DNA of 64,000 bases, from NCBI GenBank assembly GCA_964609585.1, contig CAZSRA010000002.1, positions 46,820-110,819 of the forward strand, read 5' to 3'. Below are positions 38,211 through 46,602 of the stretch, in pieces. The notes under the pieces are model-generated. The model did not search any database, was not told the origin of the DNA, and was given only the letters and a program-made list of their open reading frames with translations. The translations under genes and the position numbers were made by a program. This DNA comes from an uncultured Candidatus Saccharimonadales bacterium. Its GTDB lineage: Bacteria > Patescibacteriota > Saccharimonadia > UBA4664. Within the stretch, counting starts at the first letter, position 1. Every line of letters begins with the position of its first letter.

Positions 38211-40643
38211 TTAGAGGTCGTTATGAGCAAATACGCGGCGTTTTACCAGTTCTACCAAAAGCAGATAGAGCACCACAATAATTAGGATGGCGCTAAACGC
38301 ACCTAATGGCAGCATTGAGAATCCGAAGTAGGTGGCGAGTGGGCTTAGAACAAGAGCGTAACCAAGGAGAACGGTACCGAGCGTGCTCATAACAAGATAG
38401 GGGCTAGGACGACTTTGGATGAATGGGAATTTGTGCGTGCGGATAACGTAGACTACAAAGGTTTGGGTAGCCACGGATTCGAGAAACCAGCCGGTTTGGA
38501 ACTGGCGAGCGCCGAAGTGGAACACAAGGATGAGCAGGCCAAAGGTGGCAAAGTCGAAGATTGAGCTTAAGGGCCCGAAGGTCCACATGGCGTGTTTGAG
38601 CGCGGTGATGCTGAGTTTGCGCGGGCGTTTAAGACCTTCAGGATCGACGCCGTCGAGGGGTAAGGCAAACTGGGAAGTGTCGTAGAGGAGGTTGGTGAGG
38701 AGGATTTGAGTGGCTTGCATAGGCAAAAAGGGTAGGAACAGGGAGCCACCGGCCATAGAAAACATGTTCCCAAAGTTGCTGCCGAGGGACATCATGAGGT
38801 ATTTCAGAGTATTGGCATAGGTACGACGGCCTTCGATGACGCCGTTTATGAGGCTATCGAGGCTTTTGCGCAAGAGGATGAGGTCGGCGGTGGCTTTGGC
38901 GACGTCGACGGCGTTATTTACGGAAATGCCAATATCGGCGGCTTTTAGGGCTGGGGCGTCGTTGATGCCGTCGCCGAGGTAGCCGACGACATGGTGATTG
39001 GCGCGGAGTTGTTCGATGATTTGGAGTTTTTGTTCGGGATTGACGCGGGCGAAGATGGTGGTTTTTTCCACGGCATCGCGCAACTGCGGGCGACTGAGTT
39101 TTTCGATGTCGGCGCCGCTGAGGATGCCGGTAATTTCGAGCCCAATGTCGTCGGCGATTTTGCGGGTGACGAGGGCGTTGTCGCCGGTGACGATTTTGAC
39201 GCCGATGCCGTAGTCGCGCATTTGGATGAGGGTGGCCTTCACGGATTGTTTGGCGGGGTCGAGGAAGGCCATGAAGCCGACAAAAGTGAGGTCGTGCTCA
39301 ATACTGGGCTCGTAGCCGACACTTTGGGGGACATGGTGGATGGCCACGGCTAGCACTCGGAAACCTTCTGAACTGAGGTGCTCGTATTGGGCTTGGACAA
39401 GGCTCTTGACGCTTTCGAAGGGACGGCCGTCGAGGTATTTGCCACTGAGGCGCATAATTTCTTCGGGTGCACCTTTGGAAATGAGTAAACGGCCTTTGTG
39501 ATGAGCTACAACGACGGATTCGCGCTTGCGCTCGAAGTCGTAAGGAATTTCATCGAGCTTGGTGTAGGCTTTGATATCAACGGTTTTGTAAGCGCGGACG
39601 GCGGTGTCGAGGGGGTTTTCGAAGCTGGTAGTGAAGACACTGGCAAGATAGCCGTAGAGCAGGACATCGTCGGATTCGACGCCGAAACCATCGACATGGC
39701 GGACGAGGGCGATGTGATCTTCGGTAAGGGTGCCGGTTTTGTCGGTACACAATACATCCATGGAGCCGAGATTTTGGATGGAGGCGAGGTGTTTTACGAT
39801 GACACCATGCTTGGCCATGGCGAGCGAGCCCTTGGTGAGATTGAGGGTGATGATGAGCGGCAGGAGTTCGGGCGTGAGGCCAACGGCTAAGGCCACACTA
39901 AAGAGCAGAGCTTCAAGTGGGCTATGACGAAAGAATACATTGAAGGTGAAGATGACGATAACGAGAAATGAGGTGATTTTGATGATGAGGAGGCTGAAAT
40001 CTTTGATTTCGCGGTCGAACTCGGTGGGGACATTGGTGGACGAGACGGTATGGGCCAAATGAGAAAATTTCGTGCCGGCGCCCGTGCGTTCGACCGTCAT
40101 GGTGCCGGTGCCGCTGATTATGCTCGAGCCCAGATAGAGTTGGGCACTTTCGGGCTTGGGGACAGGAAAGGACTCGCCGGTGAGGGAAGATTCGTTGGCG
40201 GAGAGGTCTTTGCCTTCGAGTACAGTGCCGTCGGCGGGAATGAGACGACCGGCGGTGAGTTTGACGACATCGCCGGGGACGAGGGCGGCGAGGGGCAGCT
40301 GGATCCAATGATGATCGCGCAGCACATCGGCTTCCACGCGCACGCGGTCTTTCAGGGCTTCGGCGGCGCGCTCGGAGCGGTAGCTATTGGCAAAATCGAT
40401 GACGGTACTAACGAGTACAATCGCAATGATGATGACGAAGCTGACGCGATCGCCGAGAAAACCGGAAAGGGTGGCCGCAAACATAAGGATGATAACGAGT
40501 GGATTGGTGAAGCGAGATAGAAACGATAGGAAGGCTGGGCGATGTTTTGTTTCCGCCAGCATATTGGGGCCGTACTGCCGCAGGCGCTTGGCGGCTTCGC
40601 GGCTCGTGAGGCCCGTGGTTTTGGGTTTGGGTTTCTCATTCAT
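38211..40643 (-). CDS. mgtA: Mg2+-transporting P-type ATPase
   Basis: TGES, AVGLTPELLP, DKTGTLT, GDGINDAPAL, SNFGNMFS, FQTGWF.ES; ATG 40643 6 nt after TATAAT. Confidence 0.93.
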   Translation of the reverse strand: MNEKPKPKTTGLTSREAAKRLRQYGPNMLAETKHRPAFLSFLSRFTNPLVIILMFAATLSGFLGDRVSFVIIIAIVLVSTVIDFANSYRSERAAEALKDRVRVEADVLRDHHWIQLPLAALVPGDVVKLTAGRLIPADGTVLEGKDLSANESSLTGESFPVPKPESAQLYLGSSIISGTGTMTVERTGAGTKFSHLAHTVSSTNVPTEFDREIKDFSLLIIKITSFLVIVIFTFNVFFRHSPLEALLFSVALAVGLTPELLPLIITLNLTKGSLAMAKHGVIVKHLASIQNLGSMDVLCTDKTGTLTEDHIALVRHVDGFGVESDDVLLYGYLASVFTTSFENPLDTAVRAYKTVDIKAYTKLDEIPYDFERKRESVVVAHHKGRLLISKGAPEEIMRLSGKYLDGRPFESVKSLVQAQYEHLSSEGFRVLAVAIHHVPQSVGYEPSIEHDLTFVGFMAFLDPAKQSVKATLIQMRDYGIGVKIVTGDNALVTRKIADDIGLEITGILSGADIEKLSRPQLRDAVEKTTIFARVNPEQKLQIIEQLRANHHVVGYLGDGINDAPALKAADIGISVNNAVDVAKATADLILLRKSLDSLINGVIEGRRTYANTLKYLMMSLGSNFGNMFSMAGGSLFLPFLPMQATQILLTNLLYDTSQFALPLDGVDPEGLKRPRKLSITALKHAMWTFGPLSSIFDFATFGLLILVFHFGARQFQTGWFLESVATQTFVVYVIRTHKFPFIQSRPSPYLVMSTLGTVLLGYALVLSPLATYFGFSMLPLGAFSAILIIVVLYLLLVELVKRRVFAHNDL

Positions 40644-40724
40644 AGTTATATTATAGCTTGGATTCGGCCAGGGCGGTTGCTTGAGATCAACAGCGCCGAC
40701 AGGATCAGCGAATGTTGCTGTATA

Positions 40725-40758
40725 AACAAAACACCCGGCCAGTGAGGTCGAGTGTTTT
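40725..40758 (-). terminator. Intrinsic terminator
   Basis: AAAACACTCGACC-TCACT-GGCCGGGTGTTTTGTTT. Confidence 0.7.
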
Positions 40759-41144
40759 AGAGAATAATTCCGAAGAACCCGGAGCCAGCTCGTCATTTTG
40801 CCTTGCGGTTGTGCCTTGCGGTAGTACCTATCGGGTAAAAGAGTCTGGGGCGGATTGTCATCACGGAACTGTTAGTTCTGTGATCGCGTCTTTGGTGCAT
40901 TTTATGCAGGGGGTGAGCTAACCTTGTAAAGGTCAAATCTGGTGGAGCTTAGCTACCTAATTTTAGTTAGGCCTTTGGCTGTCAGATTTGAGGTTTTTAT
41001 CGCACTAGGTGCGATGGGTTGAGCATAAGCTCTTGTGCTCCGGAAAACTTCCGAAAAAGTCCTTTTGGGGCACATAGGTAAATTCAGATTAATGAATACA
41101 CTTGGTGTCACAAATGGCTTGGATAGATATTTTATTTTCAACCG
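40725..41144 (-). ncRNA. Candidate large structured non-coding RNA (family not recognised)
   Basis: Own promoter, more than ten hairpins, long-range stems, G-U pairs favour minus strand, ends in terminator. Confidence 0.6.
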
Positions 41145-41150
41145 TTGTGT

Positions 41151-41179
41151 AGCTTATCACGCTTTTGATTTATTGTCAA
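41151..41179 (-). promoter_or_regulatory. sigma70-like promoter TTGACA-N17-TAAGCT
   Basis: Near-consensus. Confidence 0.75.
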
Positions 41180-41396
41180 CTTCTGTTGAGAATTAATTAT
41201 TGGGGGGTGACAGCAAGAGAGCATGCCGGCGAGAGGAGGGAGGGGGCGTCCTCACTCTCGCCGGTTCCCGCGCCGCGCGCGGGACCTCGGGTGGCGCATC
41301 GTCCATGACTATCCGGCGCCGCGCCGGAACAGCCGATGGATTGGTCGGCCCGAGGAGACATTGGGGATGGGCAGATCCCCGGGGTGGGCCTGCGCA

Positions 41397-41420
41397 CTAG
41401 TCGTAGAACAGGAGCTTCAT
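41397..41420 (-). CDS. Micro-ORF MKLLFYD (7 aa)
   Basis: AGAAAGGA SD, 8-nt spacer, ATG...TAG. Confidence 0.45.
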   Translation of the reverse strand: MKLLFYD

Positions 41421-41558
41421 CTCCGAAGTCCTTTCTGATCTTGTCAATGGACGCGGGGGTGTCGACGACATAGCGGGCTCGTGCCGCGGTCGCCAGTGAC
41501 CTCTTGGGCCCTTCGTCGCAGGGTCGGCCTTCGTGGCCGCTTGCTCAGACTAGAGTAC

Positions 41559-41600
41559 CTAGTAGTAGGGCGCAGTGAGGTCCGTCTTGAGGATGATCAA
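41559..41600 (-). CDS. Micro-ORF MIILKTDLTAPYY (13 aa, TTG start)
   Basis: AAAGGAGGTGAT (12-nt match to canonical anti-SD) with GGAGG 8 nt before TTG. Confidence 0.55.
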   Translation of the reverse strand: MIILKTDLTAPYY

Positions 41601-41658
41601 GCTTATCACCTCCTTTCCCTGCTATCGCGGGGGCCCCAAGGCAGGGCCCGCCGAGTCG

Positions 41659-41706
41659 TCAGGAGATCTCGGTCACGGCGGTCGAACCGCGCATGCGGAT
41701 CAACAT
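41659..41706 (-). CDS. Micro-ORF MLIRMRGSTAVTEIS (15 aa)
   Basis: AGGAGGTG SD upstream of ATG 41706. Confidence 0.5.
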   Translation of the reverse strand: MLIRMRGSTAVTEIS

Positions 41707-41938
41707 CCTACCACCTCCTAGGGTAACAGGGACGGCCATGAACCTGGCCGTTAGCCCAAGAACAAACTTGGCTTCGTCGCAGACATGGAACTCGCCGCGA
41801 GTTCGTGAAGGCTGCGCGCCAGGCTAGGTTTGGGCGAATGCGCTAGCTAGGCTAGTGCACAGTGCTGAGTCGGCGTCAATCGCGACGAATCGTCGGACGA
41901 GTCATCGCGAAACGCCGACCGCCGGCCGCGGCCGAGGG

Positions 41939-42010
41939 TCAGAACAGAATGGTGGTGCGGGTGCTGCGGTGGGCGCCGGCGGTGGTGCCGGCGCGGATCT
42001 TGGTGGACAT
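41939..42010 (-). CDS. Micro-ORF MSTKIRAGTTAGAHRSTRTTILF (23 aa)
   Basis: GAGAAGGGA SD then CACAAACACC spacer; almost all codons end in C/G. Confidence 0.55.
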   Translation of the reverse strand: MSTKIRAGTTAGAHRSTRTTILF

Positions 42011-42222
42011 GGTGTTTGTGTCCCTTCTCGTGCGTTGGACGCACAGAGGAGAAGTTCCCGCCGCAGGTAGGGCGGGGTCTTGCAAACCGGTATGCGCACC
42101 AGACCTTCTGGTTTTGGCTACCGGGGTTTGAATCGCCATAGCTTGGAAACTCAAATCCCGGTAGCACTTTTTGCTCTCTTGCTGTCAAGGTTTTTTCCGC
42201 TCATTAGAGCAGAATGTTCACT

Positions 42223-42251
42223 ACATTAACTCTTGTTTTATGTTTTGTCAA
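42223..42251 (-). promoter_or_regulatory. sigma70-like promoter TTGACA-N17-TAATGT
   Basis: Directly after ndh stop, points into micro-ORF unit. Confidence 0.7.
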
Positions 42252-42254
42252 TAC

Positions 42255-43457
42255 TTAGTGTTTGTCAGCGCTAGCGCAGATTGAGCAAGCCGAAACTGTG
42301 CGCGAATCTTTCAGCCAGAGCTTGGCGGCGTCCATAATGGGCAACATGTCGTAGTAGCCAACGAAATCGGCGGCGAGTCGGAGCCAGTGAGCAAGAAGTC
42401 CAAAGAGATGCTGCTTATGCCATTCAGCAAATGCCCAATTCTTCCCTACCGGCAAAACAGTGATGGGCTCGAAGGGCCTGTAGATGGAGCGGGGCTGACC
42501 GGCGAGTGCGCGCGGTAGGTCGCCTGCCACATATTTAGCATCATGAAGGGCGGTTTGGGCCATGCCCGAGAAGGGCGTGAGGGCGTTGTCGCCAATGACG
42601 TAAATGTCTTCTGATGCCTGCAAGTGATCGTCGACGGTGACTTTGCCGTTTTTGGCGAGATTGAAATGGGCGGCATTGGCGGCATAAAACGGGCTGGCGG
42701 CAACCCCGGACGTCCAGACAACGGTTTGGGTTTTAATGGAGCTATTTTCAAACTGGAGCTCGGTCGGGGTTTGGCTTTTAACAGCGGCGTTTAGTAGAAC
42801 TTGTACGCCGAGGGATTCGAGGCGGCGTTTAACGCGAGCCGAGACGACTTCGGTGTTGCGCGGTAAGAGTCGGGGCATCGCTTCTACGACGACGACTTTG
42901 TATTTGCGGGATTTAAGGTTGTGGAGCTCGGTAAGGTGATTCAGGTATTGGCCGAGGGAGGCGGCGAGCTCAACACCCGTCGGGCCACCACCGACCACAA
43001 CAAAGCTTTGCGTAGGATCATAATTTAGTACCTGATCATGCAGGCGCTGGCGGAACTGATTGACGCTTTCGGTGGATTTAATGCCCAAGGAGTGTTCGGC
43101 GAGGCCTTTGATGCCAAAATAGTTGGTGATATTGCCGAGAGCTAGTACGAGTTTGTCGTAGTGATAGCTGGTGTTACCGTCTGCGGACGTAACGGTGTGC
43201 TTTTCGGGATTAATAGTTGCGATGGTGTCTTGCACTACCTTGACCTTGGTGTGGCCAAAAATTTTACTCAAAGGGATGGCGGCAAGTGGATCGTAGCCAC
43301 CGGTTGCAGTGTGGTAGAACTGAGGATAGTAGGCCAGATGCGACAGGCTGGAGATGAGGGTGATGTCGTAATCTTCGTGGCCGGCGAGCCTGAGCGCCGT
43401 TTTCGCGCCGCCGAAACCACCACCGATGATGAGAATTTTGGGATTGGACTTTGGCAT
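42255..43457 (-). CDS. ndh: Type II NADH dehydrogenase-like flavoprotein
   Basis: GGGFGG, YDKLVLALG, GGGPTGVELA, IGD, AQTA. Confidence 0.88.
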   Translation of the reverse strand: MPKSNPKILIIGGGFGGAKTALRLAGHEDYDITLISSLSHLAYYPQFYHTATGGYDPLAAIPLSKIFGHTKVKVVQDTIATINPEKHTVTSADGNTSYHYDKLVLALGNITNYFGIKGLAEHSLGIKSTESVNQFRQRLHDQVLNYDPTQSFVVVGGGPTGVELAASLGQYLNHLTELHNLKSRKYKVVVVEAMPRLLPRNTEVVSARVKRRLESLGVQVLLNAAVKSQTPTELQFENSSIKTQTVVWTSGVAASPFYAANAAHFNLAKNGKVTVDDHLQASEDIYVIGDNALTPFSGMAQTALHDAKYVAGDLPRALAGQPRSIYRPFEPITVLPVGKNWAFAEWHKQHLFGLLAHWLRLAADFVGYYDMLPIMDAAKLWLKDSRTVSACSICASADKH

Positions 43458-43458
43458 C

Positions 43459-43731
43459 TTAGCGTTGGCCCTCACGGGTGACCCTGGATAATGCGAGCCG
43501 GTAACGGGCGGAGACGGTGCCTACTATAATGACCGCGAGGTAGATGAGGCCCGTTGTACAGGTCTGGATCATATGGGCTGGATAGGCCGCCAGGAGGTAA
43601 AAACCCGTAGCTACGGTTGCTGCGGTGAAGCTATACGAAAGACGAAGCTTAGACTTTGATGGAAAGAAAAATGCGTAGGTAGTGGTAGCAATACTAGACA
43701 AGGCAATGACGACGTGTAAAAGGATAATCAT
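43459..43731 (-). CDS. Small 3-TM hypothetical protein
   Basis: Hydrophobic; TATACT 6 nt before ATG; coupled to ndh. Confidence 0.7.
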   Translation of the reverse strand: MIILLHVVIALSSIATTTYAFFFPSKSKLRLSYSFTAATVATGFYLLAAYPAHMIQTCTTGLIYLAVIIVGTVSARYRLALSRVTREGQR

Positions 43732-43752
43732 ATAGCGAGTATAGCGCAGTTT

Positions 43753-44613
43753 TTAAGGCAAGAATACGGAAACGGAGATCATGAAACTAAAGCTTGCAAT
43801 AACAATAAGTGAGAAGCGGAAAAGTTTGCGCGCCCAGATAGGATCGTCGGTGGTTTTCTTGAACCCATCAAGGCATAGTTTGAACCAATAGAGGCCCAGC
43901 CCGAGCATAACAATGGCGTAGGTGAATCCTGTGTACTTAAAGAGGGTTAAAAGATTTGTTGCCACGAGGAACCAAGCGATGTAGGTGATCATCTGCAGCT
44001 TGGCGGCGCGGATGCCGGACGTTACGGGCAAGACTGGGATACCGGCGGCGGCGTAATCGCGGAGCCGGTAGATTGCGATGGCGTAGAAGTGAGGCATTTG
44101 CCAGAGGACAAGGATGAGAAAGAGCAGGCTAGCGCCGAGGTCGAACCGGCCGGTGACGGCGGTATAGCCGACGACAATGGGCACCGCCCCAGAGACGCTG
44201 CCAACGAGCGTGCCGTAAACTGAGCGCCGTTTACTATAGCCATAGAGCAGGACGTAGAAAATAACCCCTGTAAGGGCCACTAAAACGGTGACGAGGTTGG
44301 TAAAGCAAATGAGAAGGCTGAAACCGATAAGGCCCAGTAGGCTTCCGTAGATGAGCGCGTTGGTCGGCGAAATGAGCCCGGTGACGAGGGCACGGTTTTT
44401 GGTACGAGCCATCATGCGGTCGATGCGACGGTCCATGACGTTATTGAAAACGCAGGACGCGGCGATGACGAGCGAGATGCCAATGAGGGTGGCAAGGAAT
44501 AGAAGGGGGTGAACGTGGCCGCGGGAGGCAAGCAAAAAGCCACCAATGGTGGTGATGGCATTGCCGCGGATGATACCGGGTTTGGTGAGGTAATAGTAGT
44601 CTTTTAGCTTCAT
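43753..44613 (-). CDS. cyoE: Protoheme IX farnesyltransferase (heme O synthase)
   Basis: LTKPGII, DRRID..M.RTKNR, WQMPHFYAIA. Confidence 0.95.
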   Translation of the reverse strand: MKLKDYYYLTKPGIIRGNAITTIGGFLLASRGHVHPLLFLATLIGISLVIAASCVFNNVMDRRIDRMMARTKNRALVTGLISPTNALIYGSLLGLIGFSLLICFTNLVTVLVALTGVIFYVLLYGYSKRRSVYGTLVGSVSGAVPIVVGYTAVTGRFDLGASLLFLILVLWQMPHFYAIAIYRLRDYAAAGIPVLPVTSGIRAAKLQMITYIAWFLVATNLLTLFKYTGFTYAIVMLGLGLYWFKLCLDGFKKTTDDPIWARKLFRFSLIVIASFSFMISVSVFLP

Positions 44614-44615
44614 GG

Positions 44616-45668
44616 TTATTTTTGCCTGCTTATGGTGAAGTCGGCGAGACCTGTGAGGAGGGTTTTAAGGTAAGGATCGGCGGTGAGTTTGGGGACGAGA
44701 GCCTTGGCCTCGCGGACATAGGTTTTTGCCTGAGCCTGAGAATGGGCGCGCGCGCCGCTATCCTCAAAAATCTGCCGGATGGCTTGGTGTTGCTCAGGAG
44801 TGATTTTGCCTTGCCCGTAAGTAGCGGTTAGAATTTGTCGCTGGGCGGGGGCGGCGTGAGCTAGGGCATAGGTGATGAGGAGCGTGGTTTTATTTTCGGT
44901 GATGTCAGATGTGGCGTCTTTGCCCGTAACGGCCTCCTGACCAAACACGCCCAGAATGTCGTCTTGGATCTGGAAGGCTAGGCCAACATTTTCACCGAAT
45001 TGCTTAAGTATGGCAAGACTAGCATCGGTGGCGCCACCCAAAACCGCGCCGGCTTGGAGCGGCCCAACAATGGTATAGGTGGCGGTTTTGAGCTTTTGCA
45101 TTAAGATGATGTCTTCGGCGCGGCGAGCCTCATAGGGACTTGAGAGCTTTATATCGAGCATTTGGCCACCGATCGTATCCAGAATAATTTGCGAGAAAAG
45201 CGAGAGAGCGCGGTTCTTGGCTTCAGCTTGGAATTTGCTATCGGCTAGGAGTTTGGTGGCCAAAAAAAAACTCACATCGCCAAGACACAAGGCTTGTGAC
45301 TGACCATAATGGTCGCCGCCGAGCGCCTCGTGGAGACTTGGGTGGCCACGACGAAGGGGGCTTTTGTCGATTATGTCGTCATGGACGAGCAGGCCGGCAT
45401 GGAGAATTTCGAAAGCGGCTGCCGGGGTGAGAATGGCACGATTTTCGGGCTCACCGGTGAGCTGATAGCCAAGCTTTACGAGGGTACCACGCAGGGCTTT
45501 GCCGCCAGACACGCCATCCGCGAAATGCTCAAAGGGACTGGCGAGCTGCTGGCCGGTTTTGGCATTTATATCGATGCGCCAAGAATCTAGGACGCGATTT
45601 AACTCACCTGCGACTTCGCCAGCAGCGCGAACGAGATAAGTTTGAAAGGCAGCCTGAGGAGGGGTTAT
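44616..45668 (-). CDS. Polyprenyl diphosphate synthase (FPP/GGPP synthase family)
   Basis: GGKALRG, LVHDDIID..LRRG, KT..YT, FQIQDDILG; frame open 52 codons upstream of GTG 45512 to an ATA at 45668 (start uncertain). Confidence 0.88.
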   Translation of the reverse strand: MTPPQAAFQTYLVRAAGEVAGELNRVLDSWRIDINAKTGQQLASPFEHFADGVSGGKALRGTLVKLGYQLTGEPENRAILTPAAAFEILHAGLLVHDDIIDKSPLRRGHPSLHEALGGDHYGQSQALCLGDVSFFLATKLLADSKFQAEAKNRALSLFSQIILDTIGGQMLDIKLSSPYEARRAEDIILMQKLKTATYTIVGPLQAGAVLGGATDASLAILKQFGENVGLAFQIQDDILGVFGQEAVTGKDATSDITENKTTLLITYALAHAAPAQRQILTATYGQGKITPEQHQAIRQIFEDSGARAHSQAQAKTYVREAKALVPKLTADPYLKTLLTGLADFTISRQK

Positions 45669-46033
45669 TTTGATATCCCTTCATCTTTCATGACGGCGGC
45701 ATTTGTATCGGCGGGCGAGCGCATGTTGTAATTGAGGTTAGCCATGATCCAGAGTGATCCAAAGACGAGAGTAACGAGCACAACGAGCATGAAGAGGAAG
45801 ATCATGAGATTCCAGCGAGGCTTGGACTCCTGGCCGAGATGCAGGAAGAAGAATAATTGGATAATGAGCTGGACAACGGCCAAGACTACAATGGCTGTTA
45901 TGAGCGTACGACCCGAAAATAGATGACGCGTAACGCTGAAATAGGCAGCGAGCGTGAGGCCAACGGAGAGCACAAAACCCGTGATATATGAGGCTAGACT
46001 GCCGTGACTGGTTTCGACTTTCGAGTGCTTCAT
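45665..46033 (-). CDS. cyoD: Cytochrome bo3 quinol oxidase subunit IV
   Basis: [28 protein letters not shown]; ATGA overlap with cyoC. Confidence 0.93.
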   Translation of the reverse strand: MKHSKVETSHGSLASYITGFVLSVGLTLAAYFSVTRHLFSGRTLITAIVVLAVVQLIIQLFFFLHLGQESKPRWNLMIFLFMLVVLVTLVFGSLWIMANLNYNMRSPADTNAAVMKDEGISK

Positions 46034-46602
46034 GATTGCAGGGCTCCGAGAAGATAAACAATGGTGAAGATAAAGATCCAGATGATGTCGAGGAAGTGCC
46101 AGAAGAGGCTCAGAAGCGTGAGACGCCTGGCAACGGCTGAATCTAGGCCGCGTCGCAGGATTTGAACCATCATAACGGCCATCCATAGGAGGCCGGTAGT
46201 GATGTGGAGGCCATGAGTACCAACGAGGGTGAAGAAGGCGGAAAGGAAGCCGCTGCGCTGCCAGCTATTGCCTTCTGAGGCGAGGTGGCTGAATTCGGTG
46301 ACTTCCATGGTGAGGAAGGCAATGCCCAGTAGGAACGTTAGGGCAAACCAGATGAGAACCTGATTTTGTTTGCCGCGGCGTACAGCGAGGGTGGCGAGGC
46401 CGGCGGTGAAGCTGCTCGTGAGCAGGATGAGTGTCTCGGTGAGCACAAACGGTAGGCTGAACAATTCGCGAGCAGAGGGTCCACCGAAGGTGTTTCCATG
46501 TAGTACAGCATAGGTCGCAAAGAGAGCGCCAAAGAGGATACAGTCGGTCATGAGGTAGACCCAGAAACCGAAGGTAGTTTTGGTAGTGGCTTCGGTGCTC
46601 AT
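46030..46602 (-). CDS. cyoC: Cytochrome bo3 quinol oxidase subunit III
   Basis: [28 protein letters not shown]. Confidence 0.95.
   Translation of the reverse strand: MSTEATTKTTFGFWVYLMTDCILFGALFATYAVLHGNTFGGPSARELFSLPFVLTETLILLTSSFTAGLATLAVRRGKQNQVLIWFALTFLLGIAFLTMEVTEFSHLASEGNSWQRSGFLSAFFTLVGTHGLHITTGLLWMAVMMVQILRRGLDSAVARRLTLLSLFWHFLDIIWIFIFTIVYLLGALQS

Larger units (their letters stand above)
41208..42187. repeat. Perfect 16-bp inverted repeat bounding a 980-bp segment
   Basis: TGACAGCAAGAGAGCA at 41208-41223; TGCTCTCTTGCTGTCA at 42172-42187. Confidence 0.95.

Noticed and set aside
40953-41141. 62-aa ORF MKIKYLSKPF...
   Set aside because: No recognisable protein features and it overlaps the dense hairpin region; likely incidental
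40725-41144. M-box riboswitch, RNase P or tmRNA identity
   Set aside because: Only fragments match (CCAAAGACGC, CTCCACCA); no AGGTGAGGCT, no correctly ordered P4 strands, no tRNA-like ends
41208-42187. IS or MITE interpretation of the TG...CA inverted repeat
   Set aside because: No transposase, no target-site duplication (flanks GGGGGG and AGGTTT), single copy in the window; not excluded without a genome-wide search
41197-42188. 60-113 aa ORFs listed in the track for this region
   Set aside because: Low-complexity Arg/Pro/Gly translations without ribosome-binding sites; the SD-linked micro-ORFs explain the signals better
13059-46186. Long N-terminal extensions given for pyrC, deacetylase, folD, mgtA and cyoD
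   Set aside because: They overlap neighbours or promoters; downstream starts fit -10 spacing or ATGA coupling
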